A DNA stretch of 64,000 nt from Rebecca billardiae RCC1528 (lineage: Eukaryota; Protista; Haptophyta): assembly GCA_965240325.2 (NCBI GenBank), contig OZ251236.1, forward strand, positions 372,001 to 436,000, in the 5' to 3' direction. Made by a program: the position numbers and the translations under genes. Under the pieces are notes generated by a model. It had not been told where the DNA came from. It saw only the letters and a list, made by a program, of their open reading frames with translations, and did no database searches. The first letter of the stretch is position 1. Each line of letters starts with the position of its first letter. This document shows, piece by piece, positions 26,601 through 36,184 of this stretch.

Positions 26601-26928
26601 GCTGAGCGATTGCTGCCGCGAGGTGAGCTACTTGCGGAGCATACTCGAGTCCATGCGGCAGCCGCCGCGGGCCGCGACGGAGGTGCGAGAGGACAACAAA
26701 GGGGCTATCGACCTCGTAGAGAATCCTGTGCACCACAAGCGCTCGAAGCACATCGAGATCAAGCATCACTATGTGCGTGACGCGCAGGAGGGTGGCAAGG
26801 TGAAGGTGGTCAAGGTACACACCTCACTCAACCACTCTGACATCATGACGAAGGCGACGGACGGTGCGACGTTCAAGCGGCACGTCGACGCCATCATGGT
26901 GGAGCGACACCCGACGCGCGCGCGGTAA
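23614..26928 (+). CDS. pol: Pol ORF2 (integrase-RT-RNase H) of element 1, in the -1 frame relative to ORF1
   Basis: IN: HVDIF / HTDGGS / NGVAERAIRTL. RT: KARSV..GIDFQEVFAP, FVDDLL. RH: FADSDWA, STEAEY, KHIEIKHHYVRD. The frame is open from 23335. Confidence 0.93.
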   Translation, partial: PKRLSPEPAQVRATNTTTTVSDTTTTTEAARGADPAWLRTWSVRTGTNDQRLLERTRRVAEGMEGANARREPLDEQSAAGMTRRSFADAMPTAHYPGQVTHVDIFSMARIDLPVGADGARGGYPHGIIFIDGHSRRWQVYALRSLDDAEVGRAFRWYAQLLGTGAMHMSHWVLASGCTMARRHIHTDGGSTLLSTYVEGELAKLGFSSTVTSAPDSPSSNGVAERAIRTLKSRLRATVVARGVSRVDWHYAAWHACASRNRLASRGIIRDDGDIEWLTPDELFFGKRPTWKHHVAFGARCRVLMLGARRNALGQLKQRALPGRVYLWGGHGVQWRGTWRYVLGYVCRLDDGRLVHSRDVRIDETDLVEGGHSSLGAPDGGAYVGDGDGAAVSGGHRPVGGDADGEDEDGDGGETPADAGNDDATEFDVGYDDDADASTSGRGRSSVDAGQRGCSSAGAQPSTPTPQGGRGGAGASMTQPGRQDQIPPTESRRGTAADAGGPPRGADGDDGVIEDAPPPGLDMGHDPLRRDRTSRRRPQLLTAVVSAASVFQKINVKVPTNYREAMRSAEAPQWQGAMLEHLEGHKLLGTSEEVLVPEGTRVLPSQWVFDVKSNPEGEVTRFKARSVLLGNLQRPGIDFQEVFAPTIRPEQVRLLVAIAAQQAGARVDLGAASVAALGILSKGDVKDAYLNSELKPDERPLFSFPPGYVPSTQAPPGYKVVGRSLKAYPGLRQSGRAWHRTHRTQLLARGFSECPSAPCIYVKESAPGEFIIAGGFVDDLLFLNLTRDARAVEKLAADLKEHYEIKLSERLDKFLGAVFEVHDDGILMHLGPYVESVLQRFGLNASTPARTPEPAARAQLSDDDEALLQRAEIENYQAMVGCLMFAMVTARPDIAHAVNMLTRRMSCPRAVDLVSAKRVLRYLRGCPRLGILFKFATDSEHPDLLAFADSDWASNPVETKGRSTGGYIVFYNGAPVSWHSGLQGTVSLSSTEAEYVALSDCCREVSYLRSILESMRQPPRAATEVREDNKGAIDLVENPVHHKRSKHIEIKHHYVRDAQEGGKVKVVKVHTSLNHSDIMTKATDGATFKRHVDAIMVERHPTRAR

Positions 26929-26964
26929 ACGGCGCAGCTCGCGGCTATGGCTGTCGAGGGGGGG

Positions 26965-27658
26965 TGTTGAGCTGACGCAGCCTGGGGCGCGCATCTCAGC
27001 AGATGGCGTCGCCGCTGGGACGTCAGGGCCGGCGCCGCACCAGGCGGGCCGGCGGCATCAGCTACGGAGCAGTGGCTGGCTCTGGCGGCGCGCGCGCGCG
27101 GCGCGCGCGGCGGCAGGAGCGCGAGCGCAGCAGCGCTGGCGCGGATCGACGTGGACGCGGAGCGCGGACGCGGCAGCGCGGACGCGGAGCGACACGGACG
27201 CGGCGCGTGCGCGGGCGGTACGGCCCGGCGCAGCGCGGCACGGTGACGTCGCACGGGCATGGCCCGGCCGCCATCGTGGAAGCGTGTTGGAGTTCTCGAG
27301 AACGCAAACACGACCGTTTCATCCAGAAATTCATCACGGACGAGGACGTCCGGATTCAACGGGTACACGGATCCAGAAACCGTGTGCGACCAGCAGTTAC
27401 GGCGGTGCGTCGGGAACACCTGTGATTGGTTGACGCACGGGGCGTGCGGCTCGGAATCATTGAGATTCCCCGAGCCGGGCCAGCAAACGCCGGGTCACCC
27501 CGCCGGAGCCGAAAAGAGCTCGGCGGGAGGTTAGCTTCGCTCGTCAGAGGAGCGAGGGTCGAGATTGCCTTCGTGGGCGTCACCGACGACGCGCCCGAGG
27601 ACGTGCCGGTGAGCTCTTAGCAGGGCTCGAGACGCTCGGAGCTCGCGTTTACCCAATA
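26965..27658 (+). repeat. 3' LTR of element 1 (694 bp)
   Basis: Follows the PPT and ends ACCCAATA before the TSD. Confidence 0.9.
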
Positions 27659-28280
27659 CGGTTCGTTACGAGCGAATCGTACTCGTCTTCCCGGATCGCG
27701 TGACGTCCGGACTGGGCCACATCCGGATCGTCGGAGGTGACGTGCCCCGGCACGATGGGCGATGGCGGATATGCGGGACGGCGGCCTGCACGTGCCTCCG
27801 GACCCGCCTCCCGCTTGCTGCTCACGCAGTCAGCTGCGACCGTGGCGCATGATCGCAGAAGCAGTGCCGGCAGTACGGCCTGCATCAGCTAGTGCCGCGC
27901 CGTCGTGGCGCGCGCGGTACGGTTGCGCGTTTGCAGCGCGGCTCGCCGCTCGGCGTAACGGCACGCGCGTGCGGCTCAGGTGTGTCAAATGCGGTCTCGT
28001 CGGCGCGCTTTCGCCTGCCACCTCGTGCACCCGTGCCGCCAGTTTCATCGTCTTCATGAGGACTGCTGCTGCTGTCGCCATCCGCTCTCCATCACCCCGA
28101 GTCGCCGGTCGCGCGGCGCGCGCGGTAGGCACTAGGCAGGGCGTACGGTCACTCACCCGTGCAACGGGTCAAGTGGCCAGAGTACGTCTGGTCGTTGGCT
28201 GGCACGGGCCGCAGCGCTAAAGCACCCTGCTGTCACACCCGACTCCTTCAGTACTCCGAGCTCCGCGGCACGACTCACTC

Positions 28281-28426
28281 GGCACGATCGCGGACGGGTC
28301 GGATCCGAGCTGATCAGCCAGAGTTGGACACAGTTTGGCAGCTACTAGTAGTAATTCCGATGCCGATGGCACGATCGCGGACGGGTCGGATCCGAGCTGA
28401 TCAGCCAGTTGGACATTTGGCAGCTA
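28281..28426 (+). repeat. Two ~60-bp direct repeats, period 87 bp
   Basis: GGCACGATCGCGGACGGGTCGGATCCGAGCTGATCAGCCAG at 28281 and 28368. Confidence 0.9.
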
Positions 28427-28596
28427 GTTGTCAGACGGACGTCCGATTTGACGACCGGCCTGCCGGGTGCGGTCTCAGGTCCGCTGCTGTGATTGTGTGA
28501 AGTGACCATGGAAGCGAGTCACACCGCAGAGTAATCTTTTTCCGTAAGCAGGTTACTCACCACATTTGGTTGGGGCCCAAAAACGTCCTTCCACAG

Positions 28597-28790
28597 CCTA
28601 ACCACCCAACCATTCCAAGAGTGGCCAGCCGGACTACGATCACCGGACCTAACCAAGGTCGCCGGACAGAGAGCCAGTGCCCAACCATCACAGCCGGACT
28701 GCGCTACCGGACCTAACCAAGTTCACCGGACAGCCGGCTGGTGCCTAACCAGCTAACCTTCCCAGCCGGACAGCGATTACCGGACCCGTC
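28597..28790. repeat. Degenerate ~64-73-bp repeats carrying CCTAACC and CAGCCGGAC motifs
   Basis: ACCGGACCTAACCAAG at 28642 and 28706; partial third copy at ~28763-28787. Confidence 0.75.
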
Positions 28791-29526
28791 ACCCGTGCTA
28801 GCTAAGAATCTTAAAAAAGCATTTCAAAAACATTAAAACAATGCGCTGATGATGTGATCTGAATAAAGATGGCTGCCGCTTTGCCGCCTGACGACGAACG
28901 TGGGGTGCCCATCCAACCTAACCACCCAACCAAGTTTCGTCGCGGAGCGGACTCGCGGCCTTTCATCAAGCGAATCGGCGTTAGCGACGCCCGCGCCGCC
29001 CGAGCCAGCGCAGCGCCGGGACGGGCGCGGTAGTGGCTGCGCCAGGAGCGGCAAAGACGCGATGCTCTCGACCCCCGCGCCCCCATTTTGTTCCCCGCTG
29101 CCGGACACGCACTGCTGCTGCCAGCGGCTTACTGAGAACGCCGTCCGCGGCCTCCGCGGGGCTGCGCGCGCCTCGATCACAGCACGAGAGGTGTGCATCC
29201 CAGACCTCCCCGCTGTGCATGATGCATGCCGCGCGTCAGCTGGCTCGAGCTGCCCCACCCGCCCCCGCGCCCCATTTTGCGTCTGTCAACAACAATCCGC
29301 ACACGACTTCTTCCAGCGTGCCAGACCGCGCCGCGAACAGCGCCGGCGCCGCGCGGCGAGCCGCCGTGGTGCCGCTCCAGCAGTTGCAGCGGCAGCGGCG
29401 CGAAAACGACGGTAGCGTCCCCGCCGCCATAATCTGGACTCGCAGTGTGGCTGCTCGCACGAGCTCCCGCACCGCACGGACCAGCTGCGCTCGTGCGACG
29501 TGCGCTAACTAACGCGCACACGAGAA

Positions 29527-30422
29527 AATGGTTGGGTGGTTAGGTTAGGTTGGCACACCCCACTTCTCAAAGCTCGGTGGGGGCCGGCAGCCATGCTGAT
29601 GCTCGCGCATGCTGACCACGATGGTTGGGTGGTTAGGTTGGATGGGCAACCATCTCACGACCAGCCGGCTGGCTGAGAGCCGGCAGCCATGCTGGCGCTC
29701 ATGCTGGCGACGAAACTTGGTTGGGTGGTTAGGTTGGATGGGCACCCTTCTCGCGTCCCGTGAGTCCAGGCCGGCCGGCCGCGGCGGCCGCGCGGACGCA
29801 CGGGACGCATGGACGGCCGGCAGCCTTGCTCATGCTCGCACTTGCTGGCGACGAAACTTGGTTGGCTGGTTAGGTTGGATGGGCACCCCTCTCGTCACTG
29901 GCCGAGCCCGAGAGCCGGCAGCCATGCTGATCCTCATGCTGGCTGCCGAAACATGGTTGGCTGGTTAGGTTGGATAGGCACCCCCCTCGTCGCTGGCCGA
30001 GCCCGAGAGACGGCAGCCATGCTGATCCTCATGCTGGCTGCCGAAACATGGTTGGCTGGTTAGGTTGGATAGGCACCCCCCTCGTCGCTGGCCGAGACCG
30101 AGAGCCGGAAGCCCATGCTGATCCTCATGCTGGCTGCCGAAACATGGTTGGCTGGTTAGGTTGGATAGGCACCCCCCTCGTCGCTGGCCGAGCCCGAGAG
30201 ACGGCAGCCATGCTGATCCTCACTTTGCTGGCTGCCGAAACATGGTTGGCTGGTTAGGTTGGATAGGCACCCCCCTCGTCGCTGGCCGAGCCCGAGACGG
30301 ACGGCAGCCATGCTGATCCTCATGCTGGCTGCCGAAACATGGTTGGCTGGTTAGGTTGGATAGGCACCCCCCTCCGCCCTCGTCGCTGGCCGAGACCGAG
30401 AGCCGGCAGCCATGCTGATCCT
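29527..30422 (+). repeat. ~95-98-bp tandem array (~9 units) with a GGTTGG(G/C)TGGTTAGGTTGG core; one inverted core at 28901-28943
   Basis: GGTTAGGTT recurs at ~29538, 29631, 29728, 29868, 29963, 30058, 30154, 30252 and 30349. Confidence 0.92.
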
Positions 30423-30560
30423 CACAGCATGTACTAGTATCATCATGGTTGGGGCATGGTTAGGTGCAACTACCCTATAGCTAGGCTGTATTCGCCACCC
30501 CCTCAATTTTCCCATAGAAAGGCTTCTATAGCAAACACACCTGGGTATAGTATAACTCGC

Positions 30561-33500
30561 TGTTGTATTAATTCCGAATTTCCTCCGTGCACGATTTCTT
30601 TTCTTCTCCAGGCGCTTGGATCCAACCGCCAGGAGAGGTCGAGTCCCAGGTACTACTCGCTGTCGTACCTGCCCTCCCTGAACCGGCACGAGCGCGCTCG
30701 GCCCCTAATCCTATTGCTTTCGCCGCTGTCCGCAGGCGAACGCAAGCCGCCGGGTACGTATGTCCGTTTTCCCCCGGCGCTATTGGTCTAACGACCTATC
30801 ATCAGTTTACTGGTGCCGTTTGCCTCTTGCACCTGTGTGGGACGACTCCCGCACCGCCCGCTCGTCCGCACGGACGACGCTGCTGACGACGTCCGCAGGG
30901 ACACTGTGATAAGCCCCTGCGTGACCGGGGAACTGGTAAGGCGGAATAAACATCATGAGCTCAAACGTGTGAAACCACGGACCGCCGGGCATGGCCCATC
31001 CAGCCGGTCGCAGCGCCGCGGGTGTCGCGACGAACGCGCGGGCAATGATGCTCGCGTGCAGCGCGCTCTGCATCGAGCAGCCGAGTGAAAGCGCGCTGAT
31101 GAACCAGATGCCCACGCACGGCGTGGTGTACGAGTTCGGTGACTACCAGAAGGACATCCGCTACGCAACCTCGAATGTCCTCCGCCTGCAGGGCGGCTGC
31201 GCGCGCGGTACGAACCGCGCAAGCATTGACGTGCCCGCGTGTGGCACTTGCGGTGACGACACCGCGGCGGGGGCCTGGACGGTCCCCGTGATCGACAACG
31301 TCGAGCACGAGCTCGATGATGATGGGAGTGGCAACGATGCCTACCCTTCACGGCATCCGCTGAGACCGATGCTGCGAGCGCCCCGACCATCCTCACGAGA
31401 GGACAGCTGGACGGGGCGCGAGGTGCTGCTCGATGACGGGCAGCAGCAGGTGATACACTCAAAGGACGTGTACATCATTGATGAGCGGTCGCTGGTCGAG
31501 GGGAGGCACACTCCATTCGCGGCCAGCGATGACAATGCCGAGCCCGAGACTGAGCTGGGGGACGCCGCTGACGGCGAGCTCACCGGCGAGGGCGACGAGC
31601 ATTTTGAGATTGAGGACGGCGCGGCCGATGACGGCGGCGCTGCTGCTCATGACGACGGGGGCGCGGCGAGCGAAGCTGCGCAACCGAGCGCCGACGGCGA
31701 TGACGCCGGAGGCGATGACGACGCACGAGCTGGTGAGTCCGCGGCGCCCGAGCTGCCGCGCGACTACGACCCGATGCGACGAGACCGAGCGAGGCGGAGC
31801 AGACCCGCCGCGCAGACGGTGCAGGCTGTGACCGAGGCAGCGTTCCAGGCCGCTGGCGAGGAACCTACCGAGGAGAACAGCTTCGAGGCATTCGCTGCGA
31901 CGACAATCGCGCGGATGAATGGTGTGCCGATCACCATCCCCACGACGTGGGACGAGGCGATGAAATCGCCCGAGGCCAAGCTCTGGATGCAGGCCTGCCA
32001 TGACCACCTCGACGCGCACGGCGTGAGACACACGTTCTTCGAGGTGATTGTTCCGGACACCACGCGCACGATTCCTGTCAAGTGGGTGTTCGACGTGAAG
32101 ACGCTTCCCGATGGCGAAGTGATCAAGTTCAAGGCGCGGCTGGTAACCCAGGGGTTCCGCCAGCGTGAGGGCATCGACTTCAATGAGGTGTTCGCCCCGA
32201 CGATACGACCAGAACAGCTGCGGCTGATGCTCGCGGTCGCGCTCAAGGCCAAAGGCGTCTCGATGACGGACGCGGCGAGCGCCAAGATCGTGGAGATGCG
32301 ACCCGCCGACGTGCGGCACGCATACCTGAACAGCGACCTGCCGGAGGGCGAGGAGGTGATGACACCGCTCCCGCCTGGCTACACCCCGAAGAGCTCGACG
32401 CCGCTCGGCTCGAAGGTGGTCGCGAAGTTTGTGAAGGCGCTCCCAGGCATGCGCCAGGCCGGGCGTGTGTGGTACCTACACTTGCGTAAGTGTTTGCTCG
32501 AACATGGGTTCGAGCCGTGCCCGAGCGCGCCGTGCATCTACTCGAAGGCAGTCGATGGCGGCTACGTGTTCGTCGGTCACTTTGTCGACGATCTGCTGAT
32601 GATGAACATCTCGAAGGACAAGAACGCATTGGACGCGCTGATGACGGCGTTGCTGACGCACTACGAGATGCAGGGCGCGGACTGCCTGAGCAAGTTCCTT
32701 GGCGCCGAATTTGAGACCACGGTGGACGGACTTTTTACCCACCTGAACCAGTACATCGGTGATGTGTGCGAGCGCTTCCACCTGAGTGGAGAGCGCCACC
32801 CACCGACCCCCGAGTGCAGCGAGACGCGCGAGATCCCCCGCCCGCTGCAAGCCCTCCTGCTGCGCGCTGACCGCCAGCACTACCAGGAGATGACCGGTGC
32901 CCTCATGTACTGCATGACGACGTGTCGCCCCGACATCGCACACGCCGTGAACATGCTGGCACGCCGGATGTCCAATCCCCGGCTCTACGACTTGACCGCC
33001 GCGAAGCGCACGCTCCGATACTTGCTCGGCACGCGTCGGCGCGGCATCCTCTTCCGGCACGCGACGCACGCACAACACCCTGATTTGGTGGCGTACGCGG
33101 ACTCGGACTGGGCGAACGATCGTGAAGATCGACGTTCTACGACGGGATACCTTGTTATGTACAACGGGGTCCCGATCTCGTGGCACAGCGGACTGCAGAG
33201 CGTGGTCGCGTTGTCTACGTGCGAGGCGGAGTACATCGCGCTGAGCGAGTGCTGCCGCGAGGTGATCTACCTGCGCGACCTGGTCACGTTTTTGAACGAG
33301 CCGGTCGTGGAGCCCACGACGGTGATCTACGAGGATAACCAGGGCACGATCGATTTGACGAACAACCCGGTGCACCACAAGCGCACCAAGCACATTGACG
33401 TGAAGTACCATTTCACGCGGCGCGCGCAAGCCGACGGCGCCGTGCTGATCCAGAAGGTGCCGACCGACGACAACCGGTCCGACATCATGACCAAGGCTAC

Positions 33501-33984
33501 CGCGACGAGTACTTTTCTCAAGCACGTCGTGGCGATACTGCATGCTGTTCCACCACCTCCGCCGCCTTCGGCATGATGTCGAGGGGGGGTGTTGTATTAA
33601 TTCCGAATTTCCTCCGTGCACGATTTCTTTTCTTCTCCAGGCGCTTGGATCCAACCGCCAGGAGAGGTCGAGTCCCAGGTACTACTCGCTGTCGTACCTG
33701 CCCTCCCTGAACCGGCACGAGCGCGCTCGGCCCCTAATCCTATTGCTTTCGCCGCTGTCCGCAGGCGAACGCAAGCCGCCGGGTACGTATGTCCGTTTTC
33801 CCCCGGCGCTATTGGTCTAACGACCTATCATCAGTTTACTGGTGCCGTTTGCCTCTTGCACCTGTGTGGGACGACTCCCGCACCGCCCGCTCGTCCGCAC
33901 GGACGACGCTGCTGACGACGTCCGCAGGGACACTGTGATAAGCCCCTGCGTGACCGGGGAACTGGTAAGGCGGAATAAACATCA
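30561..33984 (+). mobile_element. Internally deleted copia-type LTR element (element 2), 3424 bp
   Basis: 395-bp LTRs 30561-30955 and 33590-33984 (TGTTG...CATCA), identical by eye; TSD CTCGC at 30556-30560 and 33985-33989; PPT GAGGGGGGG at 33581-33589. Confidence 0.97.
30991..33576 (+). CDS. pol: Truncated polyprotein of element 2: short N-terminus, integrase C-terminal remnant, RT and RNase H
   Basis: KARLVTQGFRQREGIDFNEVFAP, FVDDLL, YADSDWA, KHIDVKYHF. LDDGQQQVIHSKDVYIIDE matches element 1 LDDGRLVHSRDVRIDE. No zinc knuckle, protease or DDE core. Confidence 0.9.
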   Translation: MAHPAGRSAAGVATNARAMMLACSALCIEQPSESALMNQMPTHGVVYEFGDYQKDIRYATSNVLRLQGGCARGTNRASIDVPACGTCGDDTAAGAWTVPVIDNVEHELDDDGSGNDAYPSRHPLRPMLRAPRPSSREDSWTGREVLLDDGQQQVIHSKDVYIIDERSLVEGRHTPFAASDDNAEPETELGDAADGELTGEGDEHFEIEDGAADDGGAAAHDDGGAASEAAQPSADGDDAGGDDDARAGESAAPELPRDYDPMRRDRARRSRPAAQTVQAVTEAAFQAAGEEPTEENSFEAFAATTIARMNGVPITIPTTWDEAMKSPEAKLWMQACHDHLDAHGVRHTFFEVIVPDTTRTIPVKWVFDVKTLPDGEVIKFKARLVTQGFRQREGIDFNEVFAPTIRPEQLRLMLAVALKAKGVSMTDAASAKIVEMRPADVRHAYLNSDLPEGEEVMTPLPPGYTPKSSTPLGSKVVAKFVKALPGMRQAGRVWYLHLRKCLLEHGFEPCPSAPCIYSKAVDGGYVFVGHFVDDLLMMNISKDKNALDALMTALLTHYEMQGADCLSKFLGAEFETTVDGLFTHLNQYIGDVCERFHLSGERHPPTPECSETREIPRPLQALLLRADRQHYQEMTGALMYCMTTCRPDIAHAVNMLARRMSNPRLYDLTAAKRTLRYLLGTRRRGILFRHATHAQHPDLVAYADSDWANDREDRRSTTGYLVMYNGVPISWHSGLQSVVALSTCEAEYIALSECCREVIYLRDLVTFLNEPVVEPTTVIYEDNQGTIDLTNNPVHHKRTKHIDVKYHFTRRAQADGAVLIQKVPTDDNRSDIMTKATATSTFLKHVVAILHAVPPPPPPSA

Positions 33985-34216
33985 CTCGCTTCCACACCCT
34001 GTGAAGTGTGAATGAGTCTCGCGGTCGCGCAGGCAGGGCGACGGTCGGACTAATATAGCTTCAGTCATCTCAGAACCGACTCTTCAACTGGCGAACTGCC
34101 ACTACGGCGGAGAGCCGCGATTGCACGGCCACCGCGGGCCCCCAACTGCGTTGATTCTATGCAGAAAAGGACCGCGGAACGCGGTCATCTCATCTATCCG
34201 GATCTACTACACCTGG

Positions 34217-34359
<143 letters not shown>

Positions 34360-34369
34360 GCCTGTCGTC

Positions 34370-34506
34370 TGTGTGTGTGTGTCGGTAGTGTGTGCAGTGT
34401 GCATGTGTGTGACTGTGTGTGTCGGTGTGTGAGTGTTATGTGTGTGTGTGAGTGTGTGTGTGTCGTGTGTGTGTGTGTGTGTGTGTGTGAGTGTGTGTGT
34501 GTGTGT
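34370..34506. repeat. Imperfect (TG)n microsatellite
   Basis: Direct reading. Confidence 0.95.
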
Positions 34507-34600
34507 CCTCCTGCACTCGGAACGGAGCGAAGCTGTCTCCAAGCGTAGCATATATCACGCCTATATCGATATACTGCTGCTACAGTGTACCTAGCAGTAG

Positions 34601-36184
34601 CTAGATGCTGATCTCAGCAACGCGCGCATTGACAGCACACGACACCGCTGGCGCTGCCATCCCATAGACTGGCACTGTGTACTTGCTGGGCCAGACACAG
34701 GGTAGATGCGTGCGGTGCGGAGGACGATTACGATGATTGAAGGCTGTGTTAATTGCCAGCTGGCCCTTGCTGCCGTCCTGCTGCTTCTGCTGGCACTCGT
34801 GAGCTGAGCGTGTTGCAAAATGGTACAATTGGAGCGCAGAGTAGTTGGCAAGAGCATCCTCACTGGGCAGCCAGGTCACGCCTGTAGGCACACATGATGA
34901 AGCAACTGCTGCTATTCCGGTACCAAGTAGACCAGGGCAGGGTGGCTGGTCAAACCCAGGCATTGCCCACTGGCAGCCGTCCACTGCATGTAGGCTGGAA
35001 AGGGGGGCTGGGTACGACGAAGGGCAGATGGTGGAGCCAGAATGCTGCTGTGCAGCTGCAGCAGCACTTGGGACTGATGCAGGCCCCTCGTTAGAAGTCG
35101 TAGTAGTATTCGGAGAAGGAGAGGGGTGGCTGATTTTGGAAACTGCTGCTGAGTCGTTCACCATCGTCTTCGCGGTCATCGCACAAGCCAGCGCAACTTC
35201 GTGAACCCTCATGTACACCCCATGCCCAACTCGCAGCAATGGCTTTCCACGGCACCAAGGGGCTGGCACCCGCCTCTTGGCAGGAGGTCCTCGCAGCTGG
35301 GCACCATGCGGGCTCCCATTCAGCAGCGCTGCATCGTACACTTGCGGTTCGAAGAAGTGCTGTCCGAGCTCGCTGGTGGGCTGTGACTTCACCTTGGGAG
35401 TACTGCCGTCCTGGCGGAGCACGTTCACCATGGTCAAGCGCGGCAGGATGATGCCCAGCACGTGCTGTGGTATTGCCTTCAGCGCAGTACGCACATCTGG
35501 TGCGGCCCACGGCGCTCCGGGCGGAGGCCGAGACACGAGCGGGGCGCCGATGTGCAGGTACTCGTCGCCGTCAAAGCTCGCCAGCCATTCCACATCCTTA
35601 ATGCGCTCAGTCTCCCGCATGCAATGCTGCAATAGCCGAGTCTGGAAGACATCCACGCCGAGGCTGGACCAACGGATGACGCGCACGTGGGGCCATGCAC
35701 CCAGCTCGCGAATCCAGCGGCTCTCGCCTCTCCGGCGCTGCTGCATTCGCGCTTGGTATCGCTCATCACTCCGTGTGGCGTTACTTTCGAGGCGCGAAGG
35801 ATCACGATCGTCGACGTACACCCACACCGAGGTCACGCCCACCAGCTCGTGATAGGCGAGGTGGTGGTGAAGCGTGTGCTCCTCGTACTCGAAGAGCGCA
35901 GGGACGCACACGCGCAGTGACGGCATCGCTGTGGACCCGACGTCGTCCCTGTGAGTGTGACTGTGAGACGACGACGGGGCAGATGCGCCTGGTGCACGAG
36001 CAGGTGCCTTGTGGTGGCCAGCAGAGACCGCAGACAGCACGCCGGCCAGTGCCTCCTGCCACCGGCTCTTCCCCTTGCTGATGGCGCCCATCACATTCGC
36101 CACGCGTGCCGGCTGCCCAGCCGACGCGCCAAGTGATGCGACGACGGCGGCGGCGGTGATGATGATGAAGTGCAGCATCGCCAT
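34601..36184 (-). CDS. Secreted or membrane-anchored glycosyltransferase, GT92/GT2-like (527 aa, intronless)
   Basis: N-terminal hydrophobic segment; YHELVGVTSVWVYVD; EWLASFDGDEYL (DxD); C-terminal LYHFATRS..EC..K, typical of this GT-A group. Confidence 0.7.
   Translation of the reverse strand: MAMLHFIIITAAAVVASLGASAGQPARVANVMGAISKGKSRWQEALAGVLSAVSAGHHKAPARAPGASAPSSSHSHTHRDDVGSTAMPSLRVCVPALFEYEEHTLHHHLAYHELVGVTSVWVYVDDRDPSRLESNATRSDERYQARMQQRRRGESRWIRELGAWPHVRVIRWSSLGVDVFQTRLLQHCMRETERIKDVEWLASFDGDEYLHIGAPLVSRPPPGAPWAAPDVRTALKAIPQHVLGIILPRLTMVNVLRQDGSTPKVKSQPTSELGQHFFEPQVYDAALLNGSPHGAQLRGPPAKRRVPAPWCRGKPLLRVGHGVYMRVHEVALACAMTAKTMVNDSAAVSKISHPSPSPNTTTTSNEGPASVPSAAAAAQQHSGSTICPSSYPAPLSSLHAVDGCQWAMPGFDQPPCPGLLGTGIAAVASSCVPTGVTWLPSEDALANYSALQLYHFATRSAHECQQKQQDGSKGQLAINTAFNHRNRPPHRTHLPCVWPSKYTVPVYGMAAPAVSCAVNARVAEISI

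Larger units (their letters stand above)
20330..27658 (+). mobile_element. Full-length Ty1/copia-type LTR retrotransposon (element 1)
   Basis: LTRs 20330-21008 and 26965-27658 (TGTTG...CAATA); 5-bp TSD CGGTT at 20325-20329 and 27659-27663; PPT GAGGGGGGG at 26956-26964; domain order gag-PR-IN-RT-RH. Confidence 0.97.

Noticed and set aside
29527-30422. CRISPR-like repeat/spacer array
   Set aside because: The inter-core segments are homologous to each other (a diverged tandem repeat), there are no cas genes, and the context is eukaryotic.
28597-30465. True telomere or interstitial telomeric tract
   Set aside because: TTAGG occurs only once or twice per unit, never as a long run.
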